Origin: an uncultured Fidelibacterota bacterium | GTDB taxonomy: Bacteria; Fidelibacterota; Marinisomatia; Marinisomatales; UBA1611 | Reading direction: 5' to 3' | Length of the DNA stretch: 64,000 nt | Assembly (NCBI GenBank): GCA_913040915.1 | Contig: CAJWHW010000005.1 | Span: forward strand, 14,663 to 78,662 | Shown: piece by piece, positions 48,347 to 59,521 of the stretch | Numbering within the stretch: position 1 is the first letter of the stretch | How the letters are laid out: each line of letters opens with the position of its first letter | Notes under the pieces: model-generated | Seen by the model: only the letters and a program-made list of their open reading frames with translations | Database searches by the model: none | Told to the model about the DNA's origin: nothing | Position numbers and translations under genes: made by a program

Positions 48347-51300
48347 ATGAAAAATATATTATACATTATATTTTTATTTGAATTTATTCTAGGGCAAAAT
48401 ATTCAGATTAATGAAATAGTATCTTCTAATGGTATAATGTTATATGATGAAGATGGAGATACACCGGATTGGATTGAATTATATAATATTGGTGATCAAG
48501 AAATAAATTTAAATGGTTATGGTATCACGGATGATCCTGAAAATTTATCCAAATGGATCTTCCCCTCAATAGTTATTGAGCCGAATAATTTTCTGTTAAT
48601 ATTTGCTTCTAATAAAAATAGAAAGGAAATTGTAACTCAATGGGATGCAGTCATAGACTGGGGAGATTCATGGCACTATTGGGTTGGTTTAAGTGAACCT
48701 GTAAATAATTGGGAATTGCCAGAAACTGATATTTCATTCTGGAATGTAGGTAACAGTGGCTTTGGCTTCGGAGATGACGATGATAACACAACTATAACTC
48801 AAACGATTAGCATTTATATAAAAAAAGAGTTTACTATTGATGATCCTTCAATTGTTAATAAACTAATATTTCATCTGGATTATGATGATGGATATGTAGC
48901 TTATTTGAACGGCATTGAATTCTCAAGAAGGAATTTAGGTCCAGCAGGATCACCAGTATATTATAATACAACAACCACTGGCCTCCACGAAGCAGAAATT
49001 TATTCTGGAGGGTCCCCCGAAACAGTGGAAATTGATCTCGCTTTATTTCCCCTTCATGAGAATACAAATACCTTAGCAATCGAAGTTCACAATTATTCTT
49101 TTAACTCTTCTGATCTAACCTGTATACCATTCCTTACATTAGGTTATAATACAGAATTACAGAATATATCAGGACCTGATCCACTACTTAATCTTCCATC
49201 TGTACATCTTCATAGTAATTTCAAATTAAATTCGACTGGAGAGACTCTTGTAATTAGCGATTTAAATGAAGTTATTTTAGATTCAATCTCATTTGACAGC
49301 ATTAAGACAAATATGTCCTTCGGCCGAAATCTTGAAGGTAGCTCTTGGGTTTTATTTCCTAATCCTACACCTGGTTCTTCAAACTCAACACCATCCTATG
49401 CCGGTGTGTTAGCACCAATTGAGTTTTCAATGGCTTCAGGTTTTATTAATGAGCCTCAGATTACAGTAGAATTAAGTACGCCTGATGAATCTGCTGAGAT
49501 ATATTTTACTACTGATGGTACTACGCCTAGCATGGATGATTTTAATTATGAGTATTCTATCCCACTCACTAATACAACAGTGATCAGAGCAAGGGCATTT
49601 TTGAATGATTGGCTGCCGTCAGAAACGGAAACTAAAACATATATTTTTGGCGAAAACGAACCGATTGGAGTTCCAGTAATTTTCTTGTCAACAGACCCTA
49701 TCAATTTTTTTGGAGAAGATTCCGGAATTTATGTCATGGGTTCTAATGCCAGTCCAGATTTTCCTCACTTTGGTGCAAATTTCTGGGAAGATTGGGAACG
49801 CCCCTTACATTTTGAAATAATGGAACAAGATGGTAGTAGTTATTCTACAAATGCAGGAGTGAAAATTTTTGGTGGATGGAGCCGTGGTTTTCCTCAGAAG
49901 TCATTATCTATTTATTCTCGTAATTACTTCGGGCCAAGCGAGTTTAATTATAATTTTTTCCCAGATCATATTACTAATTCTTTTGAATCTTTTGTTCTAA
50001 GAAACTCTGGGAATGATTGGACACATACAATGTTCCGGGATGGATTTACTACTAGCTTAACTCACGGATTGGGAATAGACCATCAAGAATACCGGCCCAC
50101 TATAACATATCTTAATGGGGAATATTGGGGGATCCATAATATTCGCGAAAAAGTAAGCGAACATTTTTTAGCATCCCATTATTCTCTAAATACAGAAAAT
50201 ATTAATCTTCTTGGGTCAGAGCCCGGACAAGAAACATATATAGTCCATGGAACAGATACAGATTACTTGAATCTTTTAGATTATATTTCAAATAATGATT
50301 TAAATGACTTACTCGTTCAAAATGCTTTGGAAAACTGGATTGATATTGAATCCTACATGAAATATCAAGCATTTCAAATTTTAATTGATAATCGTGATTG
50401 GCCGGGAAATAACATTAAATTTTGGCGGGATAATAGGATCGGTGGTAAATGGCGATGGATTCTCTATGATACTGACTTTGGATTTGGGATATGGGATCCG
50501 TGGTCTTTCACCTTTAATACTCTAGATTTTGCTTTGGAACCAAATGGTCCTGATTGGCCAAATCCGCCCTGGAGTACCTATTTATTTAGAAAACTAATAG
50601 AAAATAATAATTTTAAATATATATTTATAAATACATATTGTGACCTCTTAAATACAACTTTTGAACCTGAAAATCTTTTAAATCATCTTGATTCAATAAC
50701 AAATAACATTATCAATTTGATACCACTACATCAAGAACGATGGAATATTCAATGGGGTGGAGGATGTTGTTGGGGGGCAGGTTCAGCATTGAATTTCGAA
50801 GATAATATCAATGTAATTCAAAATTTCAGTATTAATCGGCAATTATATGCTAGAAATCATATTCAGGATCAATTTTCTCTACCAAATATTGCCTTGGTTA
50901 AATTATATCTTGAACCAGAAGGAAGCGGTTCCATTCAATTGAATTCCTTGAACATTAATGAAGATGGTTGGTCCGGATATTACTTTCCTAATATTCCTAT
51001 CAATGCAACTGCAGTGCCAAACAATGGATTTATTTTTTCAGGTTGGTCGGAATTTCCAGATTCAAGCTCATCTTTAACCATGAGTGTCACAGATCCTTTT
51101 ATATTAACTGCAATTTTTGAGCCTACAAATCTTTCTGAAGGAAGTATAATTATTAATGAAATTAATTATAACTCGAGCGATGATCATGATTCTGGTGATT
51201 GGATTGAACTTTTTAATCCAGGTGAATCAGAGCTTGATTTAAGTAATTGGGTTTTCAAAGATGAAAATAATGATCATAATTATATTATACCAAATGAAAC

Positions 51301-51925
51301 AATATTAAATAGTGAGGCTTATTTAATAATTTCAAATGACCTATTAAAATTTCAAGAATTTTATTCCACAGATATCCCAATTTTTGGTCCATTTGAATTT
51401 GGTTTGAGTGGCGGTGGTGATGAAGTACGTATTTTCAATAATATAGGCGAACTTATTGATTCAGTTCAATATGATGATAATGAACCATGGCCAACTGAAC
51501 CCGATGGGGATGGGCCTACGTTAGAATTGTTAAATCCTAATATGGATAATAGCACATCACAATCATGGGCATCTTCCAATTACTATGGAACTCCAGGTCA
51601 ACAAAATAGCACATATCAATATCTTGATATAGATAAACAATTATACTTACCAAATGAATTTCATTTTTATCCTTCATATCCAAACCCATTTAACCCAAGT
51701 ACAACAATTACATTTGATATACCCAAAATAACCAATGAACAAGAAACACAAATAAATGTTTACAATTTAAGAGGACAGAAAATTAAAACTATTTTGAATA
51801 ATCGATTAAGATCTGGAAAACATGAAATGCAATGGCACCCAACCCATATTTCATCCGGAGTTTATTTTCTACAATTAAAAATAGGAGAGAAAACTTTGAA
51901 TCAAAAGATCACGTATTTAAAATAA
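48347..51925 (+). CDS. Secreted CotH-kinase-family protein with lamin-tail domains, FN3-associated domain and T9SS-type CTD
   Basis: INEI...DWIELYN (LTD) twice, IYFTTDGT.P, PQKSL, LRNSGND, YLNGEYWG...REK, DWPGNN, WRWILYDTD, CTD YPNPFNP. Confidence 0.85.
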   Translation: MKNILYIIFLFEFILGQNIQINEIVSSNGIMLYDEDGDTPDWIELYNIGDQEINLNGYGITDDPENLSKWIFPSIVIEPNNFLLIFASNKNRKEIVTQWDAVIDWGDSWHYWVGLSEPVNNWELPETDISFWNVGNSGFGFGDDDDNTTITQTISIYIKKEFTIDDPSIVNKLIFHLDYDDGYVAYLNGIEFSRRNLGPAGSPVYYNTTTTGLHEAEIYSGGSPETVEIDLALFPLHENTNTLAIEVHNYSFNSSDLTCIPFLTLGYNTELQNISGPDPLLNLPSVHLHSNFKLNSTGETLVISDLNEVILDSISFDSIKTNMSFGRNLEGSSWVLFPNPTPGSSNSTPSYAGVLAPIEFSMASGFINEPQITVELSTPDESAEIYFTTDGTTPSMDDFNYEYSIPLTNTTVIRARAFLNDWLPSETETKTYIFGENEPIGVPVIFLSTDPINFFGEDSGIYVMGSNASPDFPHFGANFWEDWERPLHFEIMEQDGSSYSTNAGVKIFGGWSRGFPQKSLSIYSRNYFGPSEFNYNFFPDHITNSFESFVLRNSGNDWTHTMFRDGFTTSLTHGLGIDHQEYRPTITYLNGEYWGIHNIREKVSEHFLASHYSLNTENINLLGSEPGQETYIVHGTDTDYLNLLDYISNNDLNDLLVQNALENWIDIESYMKYQAFQILIDNRDWPGNNIKFWRDNRIGGKWRWILYDTDFGFGIWDPWSFTFNTLDFALEPNGPDWPNPPWSTYLFRKLIENNNFKYIFINTYCDLLNTTFEPENLLNHLDSITNNIINLIPLHQERWNIQWGGGCCWGAGSALNFEDNINVIQNFSINRQLYARNHIQDQFSLPNIALVKLYLEPEGSGSIQLNSLNINEDGWSGYYFPNIPINATAVPNNGFIFSGWSEFPDSSSSLTMSVTDPFILTAIFEPTNLSEGSIIINEINYNSSDDHDSGDWIELFNPGESELDLSNWVFKDENNDHNYIIPNETILNSEAYLIISNDLLKFQEFYSTDIPIFGPFEFGLSGGGDEVRIFNNIGELIDSVQYDDNEPWPTEPDGDGPTLELLNPNMDNSTSQSWASSNYYGTPGQQNSTYQYLDIDKQLYLPNEFHFYPSYPNPFNPSTTITFDIPKITNEQETQINVYNLRGQKIKTILNNRLRSGKHEMQWHPTHISSGVYFLQLKIGEKTLNQKITYLK

Positions 51926-51934
51926 ACGAAATAA

Positions 51935-52984
51935 TTATTTTATTTTTGTCCCATCACTCATTTGAATAATATAGGCTTTTCCCCCAGTCGACTCTATGGC
52001 TTCTAGTACTTTTCTCGAATTTTCTGGCGCATAGGCAAACATGGTTCCGCCGCCACCGGAACCATTGATCTTTCCTCCAATAGCTCCTGCGTTTAATGCA
52101 GCATCCATCATGGACTCAATTTTAGATGTACTGATCTTCAAAATATCTCTCAACACTTGGTGATGTTCGATTAACAGTTTACCGATTATTTGATGATCCA
52201 AAACATCTTTTTCTAATTCTGAAAGAGCTTTTTTTAAAATGTTTCGGTTTCGTACAGTTCCATGATAGAGCAGCAGTTCATCTTCATCTAAACCTGAAAG
52301 ATCTATATTATCATCGTAGGAATGAACAGTAGCACTTGGATTATTTATTTTTATCTTTTTTATAAGTGCTAATCTTGAATCGCGACATCGGCTTAAGATA
52401 CCTATGGTATCTTTGGGCTCACAGGAATCACCTAAAACAAAGGTCCCAAGATTTGAATTTATTGATCGAATCTTTGTATCTGGTTCTGATTCTAAATAGA
52501 TCAATTGCCCCATGGCAGTAGAATATTGATCCATCATTCCACCAGGTTCATTGAATTCCTGCACTTCTGCTGCGTATGCAAATTCCCCCATCTTTTTCTG
52601 ACTCAAATTAGTAGGTTCATCAGCCATTTGTGATAAAAAATGAATCCAGCTGACCATTAAAGCAGATGAACTACTGCATCCGGCTTTGATGGGTATTTCA
52701 CTAGTAATTTCACAATCAAATCCTGTTGAAAATGTAAGTCCTGCACTCCTGCAGATATTAATTCCGCTTTTAAAATAATCCCGTTGCTTAGTGTAAGTCA
52801 AATCATCTAGTGAAAAGGATTCTGTTTCGCTTAGATCAGATTTATTTATAACAACCTTTTGATCGTTCCTCTTTGCACCCTTTAGTGTAGCCCGTAGGGA
52901 TATGGCCATTGCAATTACAGGCATTCCAAGATAATCCTGATGTTCTCCAAAAAGGCAGATTCGTCCTGGTGTATTTATTTCCAA
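51935..52984 (-). CDS. GHMP kinase, galactokinase-like
   Basis: PGRICLFGEHQDY, IPIKAGCSSSSA, GMMDQ, GKINGSGGGG. Confidence 0.85.
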   Translation of the reverse strand: MEINTPGRICLFGEHQDYLGMPVIAMAISLRATLKGAKRNDQKVVINKSDLSETESFSLDDLTYTKQRDYFKSGINICRSAGLTFSTGFDCEITSEIPIKAGCSSSSALMVSWIHFLSQMADEPTNLSQKKMGEFAYAAEVQEFNEPGGMMDQYSTAMGQLIYLESEPDTKIRSINSNLGTFVLGDSCEPKDTIGILSRCRDSRLALIKKIKINNPSATVHSYDDNIDLSGLDEDELLLYHGTVRNRNILKKALSELEKDVLDHQIIGKLLIEHHQVLRDILKISTSKIESMMDAALNAGAIGGKINGSGGGGTMFAYAPENSRKVLEAIESTGGKAYIIQMSDGTKIK

Positions 52985-54708
52985 ATTTTAATTAATCCTA
53001 TTGAAGAGATTATAGAAATAATAAAAATAAATAGACCAGATAAATTATGACCGTAGATTAATTGCCCCACACCAAATAATATTCCATAGACAGTCGTACA
53101 TCCTAAGAGCATGGATAAAATCCCTTTTGGCACAGGCCATTCTCCTGATAAAATGCCATCAGAATATTTTGCCCATCCAGGTCCGCCCGGTTTTATTTTT
53201 TTCACAAAATTTCGTAATGTTTGATCATTCTCTGGCGGTGTGAAATATGTTGCTGATATCCATATAACTGTTGTCAATAAAGCACCGACCACTATCTTCT
53301 GCCACCCCTCAAATCCAGAATTGCCAAAATTGAAATATCCAGCAATGAACAATGAACTGATCATGGCTACAATTTCTGTATATGCATTGATGCGCCACCA
53401 AAACCAGCGCAGAATGTATATGAGTCCAGTCCCAGTGCCAATCATCAACACTAGTGTAAATGCCTGTCCGGCACTGGTAAGTAGTAACCCCAAACTTCCA
53501 CCAAGAATAATTGATAAAATAGTAAACAAACGTCCAACTGTAACAAGATGTTTTTCTGATGCATCAGGTTTTATGAACCTGTGATAAAAATCATTTACAA
53601 GGTAGCTGGCTCCCAGATTCAGCTGGGTTGACATGGTACTCATAAATGCGGCAATCAGCGATGCTGAAACAAGGCCCAGTAATCCAGAAGGTAAGCGTGT
53701 GAGCATGGCTGGATACGCTACATCATGACCTAATTTATCGGCAGGCAAATTCGGAAAGGCAAATTGAATATCTTTTAAGTCCGGGAATATGATTAAAGAA
53801 GAAAGCGCTATAATGATCCATGGCCAAGGTCGTAATGCATAATGAGTAATATTAAATAATAATGTAGCACTTACGGCATTAGTTTCATCTTTTGCAGAAA
53901 ACATTCTTTGGGCAATGTAGCCACCACCACCAGGCTCTGCGCCTGGATAATAACTGGCCCACCATTGTACCGCAAGCGGTACCAGTAATACTGGGACCCA
54001 TAGGTTTGGATCGGACATATCTGGGATAAGCGCTAGTTTACCTTTTACATTTTCATGATTAAGCAGATTCGAAAGACCTCCAATTTCCGGTAAATCTAAT
54101 ATGTAAATCATACCCCATATGGATCCAATCATAGCTAAAGTAAATTGAATAAAATCAGTAATGATTACCGCTTTAAGACCGCCCAACGTTGAATAAGCCA
54201 AGGTAATGGAACAGGCAGTTAATAATGTGACCCACCCCGGTACTCCAAGTACAATTTCACCAAACTTCACTGCCGCTAGGCTTACAGTGCCCATTACAAG
54301 TATATTGAAAACTAAGCCCAGATATATTGCACGGAAGCCACGCAGAAAAGCTGCTGGTTTTCCACTGTACCGTAATTCGTAGAATTCAATATCGGTAAGT
54401 ACACCAGATCTCCGCCAGAGTCTGGCGTATACAAAAACAGTCAGCATTCCAGTAAGTAAAAAAGCCCACCAGGCCCAATTGCCTGAGACGCCATTCTGGC
54501 GTACGAGATCAGTAACCAGATTGGGAGTATCCGTTGAAAAGGTCGTGGCCACCATACTCACTCCCAAAAGCCACCAGGGCATACTGCGCCCAGCTAAAAA
54601 GAATGATCTTGTATCTTTACCGGCTCGCTTCGAAGCCCATAGTCCCACTATGATAGAAAGAGTGAAATATGATCCTATAATGACCCAATCTATAGTTGAA
54701 AGTATCAT
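52975..54708 (-). CDS. Sodium:solute symporter (SSF), probable sugar substrate
   Basis: FFLAGR.MPWWL.G.SMVATTFS.DTP, GGL.AV..TD..QF, QR..SAKDE, AAFMST. Confidence 0.9.
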   Translation of the reverse strand: MILSTIDWVIIGSYFTLSIIVGLWASKRAGKDTRSFFLAGRSMPWWLLGVSMVATTFSTDTPNLVTDLVRQNGVSGNWAWWAFLLTGMLTVFVYARLWRRSGVLTDIEFYELRYSGKPAAFLRGFRAIYLGLVFNILVMGTVSLAAVKFGEIVLGVPGWVTLLTACSITLAYSTLGGLKAVIITDFIQFTLAMIGSIWGMIYILDLPEIGGLSNLLNHENVKGKLALIPDMSDPNLWVPVLLVPLAVQWWASYYPGAEPGGGGYIAQRMFSAKDETNAVSATLLFNITHYALRPWPWIIIALSSLIIFPDLKDIQFAFPNLPADKLGHDVAYPAMLTRLPSGLLGLVSASLIAAFMSTMSTQLNLGASYLVNDFYHRFIKPDASEKHLVTVGRLFTILSIILGGSLGLLLTSAGQAFTLVLMIGTGTGLIYILRWFWWRINAYTEIVAMISSLFIAGYFNFGNSGFEGWQKIVVGALLTTVIWISATYFTPPENDQTLRNFVKKIKPGGPGWAKYSDGILSGEWPVPKGILSMLLGCTTVYGILFGVGQLIYGHNLSGLFIFIISIISSIGLIKIWK

Positions 54709-54810
54709 ATAGATAAATTTTAAATTAATCTAAGAGAATCTTAGGCATATGAATTAGAATTGATTCATATACATAGAGTCATAAAATTTGTTATATAAAA
54801 AAAGTGAATA

Positions 54811-55950
54811 CTAACTATTTCTTTTTACATATATCATAAAGGATGAAGAATAATTACTGTAAAAAACACCAAGTCCATCACCAAAATTTGAGTCTGGCAA
54901 TATATAGATATTTTGGCCAACGGGATCTCCGCTAAAATAATTAAAATAAGATTCACTAGTTGCCTTGAAGGTCATAATATGGTAACCATAATAATCAAAA
55001 TATAGCCACATGATTTGTGTAGGAGTTTCTTCTACGTTCCATTGCCATGGATTTATACGATATGGTGTATTATTCTCATCACGAAGGTAATTACCCTTCC
55101 AGATACGAAATCCAAGTGTGGTGTCATAGATCAGATTGACAAAAGCACTATCTCTTATGCTATTATAATTATAATCAAAAAATGCTCCACTATCAGGATC
55201 AATGGTTGAGCTTAACGTATCTAATGGTTCCAGACCTCTCACATTTGATTCGAGAGCATAACTTAGAATTTTAATTGTTTGAAAATTATCTGAATCAAAA
55301 TCAACTCCAAAGTAAGGGTAACTGGCAAAACTCTGTGTAAAGCAATCTCCAAACCTGAATTCAACAGAATCTACATTTATATTGTTCTGGAGTACAAAAT
55401 CTTCAGGATTATCAATCAACTGGCTTAGTTGTTCAATCGAGTAGCCTTCTAGATTTTTTACGTCAACCATTTTAGTAGGAATTACTTCACCATCTGAACA
55501 TTGATAATCACCTAAATCTGCTGAAGTAAGATTTAAGATACTTGGCACTGTAGTTATTGCAATAATAGAATCTTGTTCATGAATTACGGAGAGTTGGTAG
55601 GTCTGGCCTGATTGAATGATAAAATTCATCCAAGCAGTTAATTCTTCATCTGTTGAGGTTTGTGAGAGTGGGAAATATTTACCCGTTCCAACATTATTAA
55701 ATGTCAATTTTTCCATTGTTGAGTCATTGATAAGTTCGACAATTGCACCATCTACCCAGAGTGAATCCGATAAAATATCTTCATCTATTGTGGCAGTTCT
55801 TGAAACTAAAACTGTATCTAATACTGGTAAACCTGCAGTAATTGATGCAAAAACAACGAGTTTTTGCTCATATTTTTCAATGCTATCGTTTAAATCACAG
55901 GATTGAATAATTATGCTAAACATTATTAAAGTCAATAATTTTAACCTCAT
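54811..55950 (-). CDS. DUF4249-like lipoprotein, TBDR partner (likely start 55950)
   Basis: Lipobox IQSC, EQKLVV.A.I, A.TTVP, C-terminal SN..DGLGVF; directly downstream of the TBDR. Confidence 0.65.
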   Translation of the reverse strand: MRLKLLTLIMFSIIIQSCDLNDSIEKYEQKLVVFASITAGLPVLDTVLVSRTATIDEDILSDSLWVDGAIVELINDSTMEKLTFNNVGTGKYFPLSQTSTDEELTAWMNFIIQSGQTYQLSVIHEQDSIIAITTVPSILNLTSADLGDYQCSDGEVIPTKMVDVKNLEGYSIEQLSQLIDNPEDFVLQNNINVDSVEFRFGDCFTQSFASYPYFGVDFDSDNFQTIKILSYALESNVRGLEPLDTLSSTIDPDSGAFFDYNYNSIRDSAFVNLIYDTTLGFRIWKGNYLRDENNTPYRINPWQWNVEETPTQIMWLYFDYYGYHIMTFKATSESYFNYFSGDPVGQNIYILPDSNFGDGLGVFYSNYSSSFMIYVKRNS

Positions 55951-55952
55951 GA

Positions 55953-58325
55953 TCAAAACTCCCAAGTAAAACCAATGGTCGGAATAATTGGAAATAGGCT
56001 GATTATTTCTTCCCTTATTTTTCCTTCATCGGGTTCATCAACATTTGGCTCACCTGGGTCAGGCTTACCATTACCTGCCCCTATTTTATCTTCTCCAACA
56101 CCAATATCATGCTGGTTTATATCCCAATCATCATCGTCATCCAAACCATTATATGTATTACCTAACCTGTACACCTTTCTAAATGGATTCTTACGATTGA
56201 ATGTGTTAATTATTTGGAAGTAAATATCAACGTTCGTTTTACCAAATTTAGCATGATACACTGCACCAATATCTAATCTGCTATAGGGTTCATATCTAGC
56301 TGAGTTTCTAGACCCAGGTATTGTACGAAAGATTTCTTCCGGACTTTCAGGAAATTTTTGAATATAATACCCTAATATTGGTGTGTAAGCCTGACCTGAT
56401 TGCAGAGCCAATCGCCAGTTCACTTCCCACTTATCATTAAACTGATAATTTCCGAGCGCACTGAAAGCATGCGTCCTATCCCAATTAGTAAAATATTCTT
56501 TTTCACCATCGTCATAAATGCTATTCATTATTTTTCTTGATACAGAGAAAGTATAAGCTAGCCAGCCACTGAGTTTACCCGCCATTTTTTGTCCAAAAAT
56601 TTCTAATCCATATGCGTAACCGTTAGCAGGTGTAACGATAGATGCCAAACTTTCATCATCTACCTGGGCATCTGTTGATGACCTTGTTTCTTCATAGGTT
56701 AATAAGTTTTTTAAATCTTTATAATAGCCTTCAATCTGAAGCTTGTATGTACTTCTAAAATATTCTTCATATCCCAGAACAACCTGTATAGACTTACCTG
56801 GATTCACAGAGTTGTCCACAGCGATCCAGTTATCAAGTATTGGAGCATTGAAATCATCCTGGAATGTGCTGATAAATTGATGGTAGTTACCTACAGAAAA
56901 GTTGATATACCTGTCATCTGTAAGTAAATATTTAATCCCAAGACGCAAGTCAGGGTACAAAGAATCTGGATAAACACTGTATCTATTTATTCTGATTCCC
57001 GGTTCAATGATAAATACATCATTTTTTTCATTCTTGGCTTTAAAGTAAAAAGCAGACTCACTAGGAGATGTTATAATTTCAAACTGCGTTGAATCTTGAA
57101 ATTTATTAGTGTATTCAAATCCTAAATTTTTAAATTGATAACCAAATTTGAATTTCGTTTCAGATGATACAAACCAAGAGAAATCTCCTGAAAGAGTTTT
57201 ATCATCAATTTCATTATAACTTACTAATCCTCCGGAACCACCTAGACCAAAGCTTGTAAAGAACATACTGTTCGCAGCAAGAAAGTTTCCAATAAATTTT
57301 TCATTGAATACACGTCTATAATGCCCACTTATCGTATTATTACCCCATCTACCATCAAGGCCAAAGGTATCGAAAATAATATCATCGATTCCTGAATAAT
57401 AACTAACAGAGATCCTGTCTTTAGGTGAAAGATCAGAAAAAATATGTCCTTGGATATCGTAAAAGTAATACGGGGGAATATTATCGGCTGTACTGGCAGG
57501 TAGAACCTTGGGAAGTAGTATATCAAAATATGTTCTACGGCCTGACAAAATCCAGGCTCCTTTGTAAGAGGGGCCCTCGAGGGTAGTCTGTGCCGAGAGC
57601 AAAGATAAATTTGCTTTACCGTTAAACTTATTTCTATTTCCTTCTCGACTGATGACATTTAGAACTGCTGATAGTCGTCCACCGTACTCTGCATTGTAAG
57701 CCCCCTTAATCAATTCTGCTTCTTTTACACCGTCAACAATAAAGTTAGAAAATACACCACCCAAGTGAGATGGATTATAAACAGTAATACCATCAAGCAT
57801 AATCAGATTTTGGTCAGTATTACCCCCTCTTATAACAAGACCGGTGCTGTATTCTGAAGTTGTTAGAACACCAGGCAGGGCTTGGATAGTACGGAATAAG
57901 TCTGGCTCAGCGAGTGCAGGAGCAGATTTCATCATCCTAGGGCTTAAATTTATTTTACTTGGCTGTATATTATATTTTCTCTGGATTTTTTCGGCTGTAA
58001 CATCGACTTCATTCAACTCAAGAAGTTCTTGTTTAAGTTGGATATCCAGATTAAGAGATTCACTTCGGCCTATTATGATTGATTGTTTAGAGAGCTCGAA
58101 TCCTACATATGAAACAATGATATCATATTCTCCTGATGCTATATCTTGTAAAATGTAGTATCCATTGTAATCTGTAGCCATTCCTTGACCTGTCTGCTGA
58201 ATAAATACATTAGCACCTATTAAAGCTTCTCCGGATGAAGAGTCAGTTACAAAACCTGTGATAATTCCACCTTGAGCTAATAAAATTGATATATGTAATA
58301 AAAATGATAGAAAAATTCTTGACAT
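55953..58325 (-). CDS. TonB-dependent receptor
   Basis: ITGFVTD..SGE.LIGANV, EPDLFRTIQALPGV, IRGG..DQNL..LDG..VYNP.HLGG.FS, AEYGGRLS.VL, GWLAYT, WDRTH, IPTIGFTWEF. Confidence 0.92.
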   Translation of the reverse strand: MSRIFLSFLLHISILLAQGGIITGFVTDSSSGEALIGANVFIQQTGQGMATDYNGYYILQDIASGEYDIIVSYVGFELSKQSIIIGRSESLNLDIQLKQELLELNEVDVTAEKIQRKYNIQPSKINLSPRMMKSAPALAEPDLFRTIQALPGVLTTSEYSTGLVIRGGNTDQNLIMLDGITVYNPSHLGGVFSNFIVDGVKEAELIKGAYNAEYGGRLSAVLNVISREGNRNKFNGKANLSLLSAQTTLEGPSYKGAWILSGRRTYFDILLPKVLPASTADNIPPYYFYDIQGHIFSDLSPKDRISVSYYSGIDDIIFDTFGLDGRWGNNTISGHYRRVFNEKFIGNFLAANSMFFTSFGLGGSGGLVSYNEIDDKTLSGDFSWFVSSETKFKFGYQFKNLGFEYTNKFQDSTQFEIITSPSESAFYFKAKNEKNDVFIIEPGIRINRYSVYPDSLYPDLRLGIKYLLTDDRYINFSVGNYHQFISTFQDDFNAPILDNWIAVDNSVNPGKSIQVVLGYEEYFRSTYKLQIEGYYKDLKNLLTYEETRSSTDAQVDDESLASIVTPANGYAYGLEIFGQKMAGKLSGWLAYTFSVSRKIMNSIYDDGEKEYFTNWDRTHAFSALGNYQFNDKWEVNWRLALQSGQAYTPILGYYIQKFPESPEEIFRTIPGSRNSARYEPYSRLDIGAVYHAKFGKTNVDIYFQIINTFNRKNPFRKVYRLGNTYNGLDDDDDWDINQHDIGVGEDKIGAGNGKPDPGEPNVDEPDEGKIREEIISLFPIIPTIGFTWEF

Positions 58326-58331
58326 AAATGA

Positions 58332-59288
58332 TTATTTCCCTAAATAATTTAAATTTTCAATATTAAATGGGGTTGGTTCTATTTCATATTTTTCGAAAAT
58401 TTCTTTTGAATCACATATACTACCCTTCACAAGGTCATTTAATTGGTCTTTACCTGCAGGGAACCACTCAAATCCATCAAGTAATCCAGCTATGGTAGTT
58501 ATTAGAGAAATTGGAGTTGGTAACATGAAAACTCTTTGCCCCGTTGCACTTGCTATTGATTTGACAATTTCATTCCACGTAACATCGCGCAAACCACCAA
58601 GTAATATTGTTTGGCCAATAGTACTTTCATCAAATAGAACTTTAACAAAGATCTTAGCTACATCCTTTACATGTATCATACTTAAAGCGTAATTGCCAGA
58701 ATCTAGCGGATTTAATCCAGTGAAAAATGAAGGAGCGGGAAAGGGTAGAAACTTTGGGTATGGTACTAGATTTAGCATTAGCTTATCAAGCATCATGCAA
58801 AATTCAGGTCTATCTTCACCACGAGGATCACCAAATAATGATGACGGACGCATGATTGTCCATTGAAGTTCTGTATTTTTAATTACTTGTTCTGATAAAA
58901 ATTTTGCCTGCATATAATTCGAACCATTTGGATCAGGGCTTGCTCCAAGTGCACTCATTAATAGAAAGCGTTTTACACCTAATTCTTGGGCAATTTCTGC
59001 AATTCTTTGACTTCCTCTAAATTGTAGTTTGTCATTTGTTAAGTCTCTTTTTGGGAATTCTCTGATTAAAGCAATCAGATAAATGACCGCTTCACATCCA
59101 TTAAGTGTCTCTCTAATCGCGTTATCATCTTTTATGCTGCCCTTTACCGTTTCACATTTTTCTTGTTGGATTACCTTACTTTCAGAACCGCCTCTTACAA
59201 GTAATCTTGGGATATGTTCATTATGAATCAATTCATCAACGATGTAAGAGCCGACATAGCCGGTGCCACCAAAAATAGCCACTTTCAT
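58332..59288 (-). CDS. Atypical SDR, NAD(P)H-binding (complex I NDUFA9-like)
   Basis: FGGTGYVG, RFLLMSALGA, Y..AK..SE, IMRPS..FG, IHVKDVA. Confidence 0.85.
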   Translation of the reverse strand: MKVAIFGGTGYVGSYIVDELIHNEHIPRLLVRGGSESKVIQQEKCETVKGSIKDDNAIRETLNGCEAVIYLIALIREFPKRDLTNDKLQFRGSQRIAEIAQELGVKRFLLMSALGASPDPNGSNYMQAKFLSEQVIKNTELQWTIMRPSSLFGDPRGEDRPEFCMMLDKLMLNLVPYPKFLPFPAPSFFTGLNPLDSGNYALSMIHVKDVAKIFVKVLFDESTIGQTILLGGLRDVTWNEIVKSIASATGQRVFMLPTPISLITTIAGLLDGFEWFPAGKDQLNDLVKGSICDSKEIFEKYEIEPTPFNIENLNYLGK

Positions 59289-59479
59289 GAAAGATCAACC
59301 TCAACAAAATCATTTAAATTTCTATTAAAAATATTTTTTGAGAAAAATTCATTGATTATATTTTTAAGATCTTCAGACTTGTATATCTTCGTAAGATTCT
59401 CCTGAAGTGAAAAAAAATCAAATCCTTTCGTGAAAGGGGGCTTTATAACTTGACTAGCTTTTATTTTATAAATATTCAT
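59285..59479 (-). pseudogene. Internally deleted SRPBCC-family gene (64-aa ORF)
   Basis: N-terminus MNIYKIKASQVIKPP..KGFDFFS.QENLTKI resembles the SRPBCC start (Q.i..p..evfdFF..P.NL..ITP), joined to a C-terminal-helix-like DLKNI segment; far shorter than a full domain. Confidence 0.55.
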
Positions 59480-59521
59480 TAAGAAAAATTAAAGTTACTA
59501 TAATGTATAAACAATAATGTT

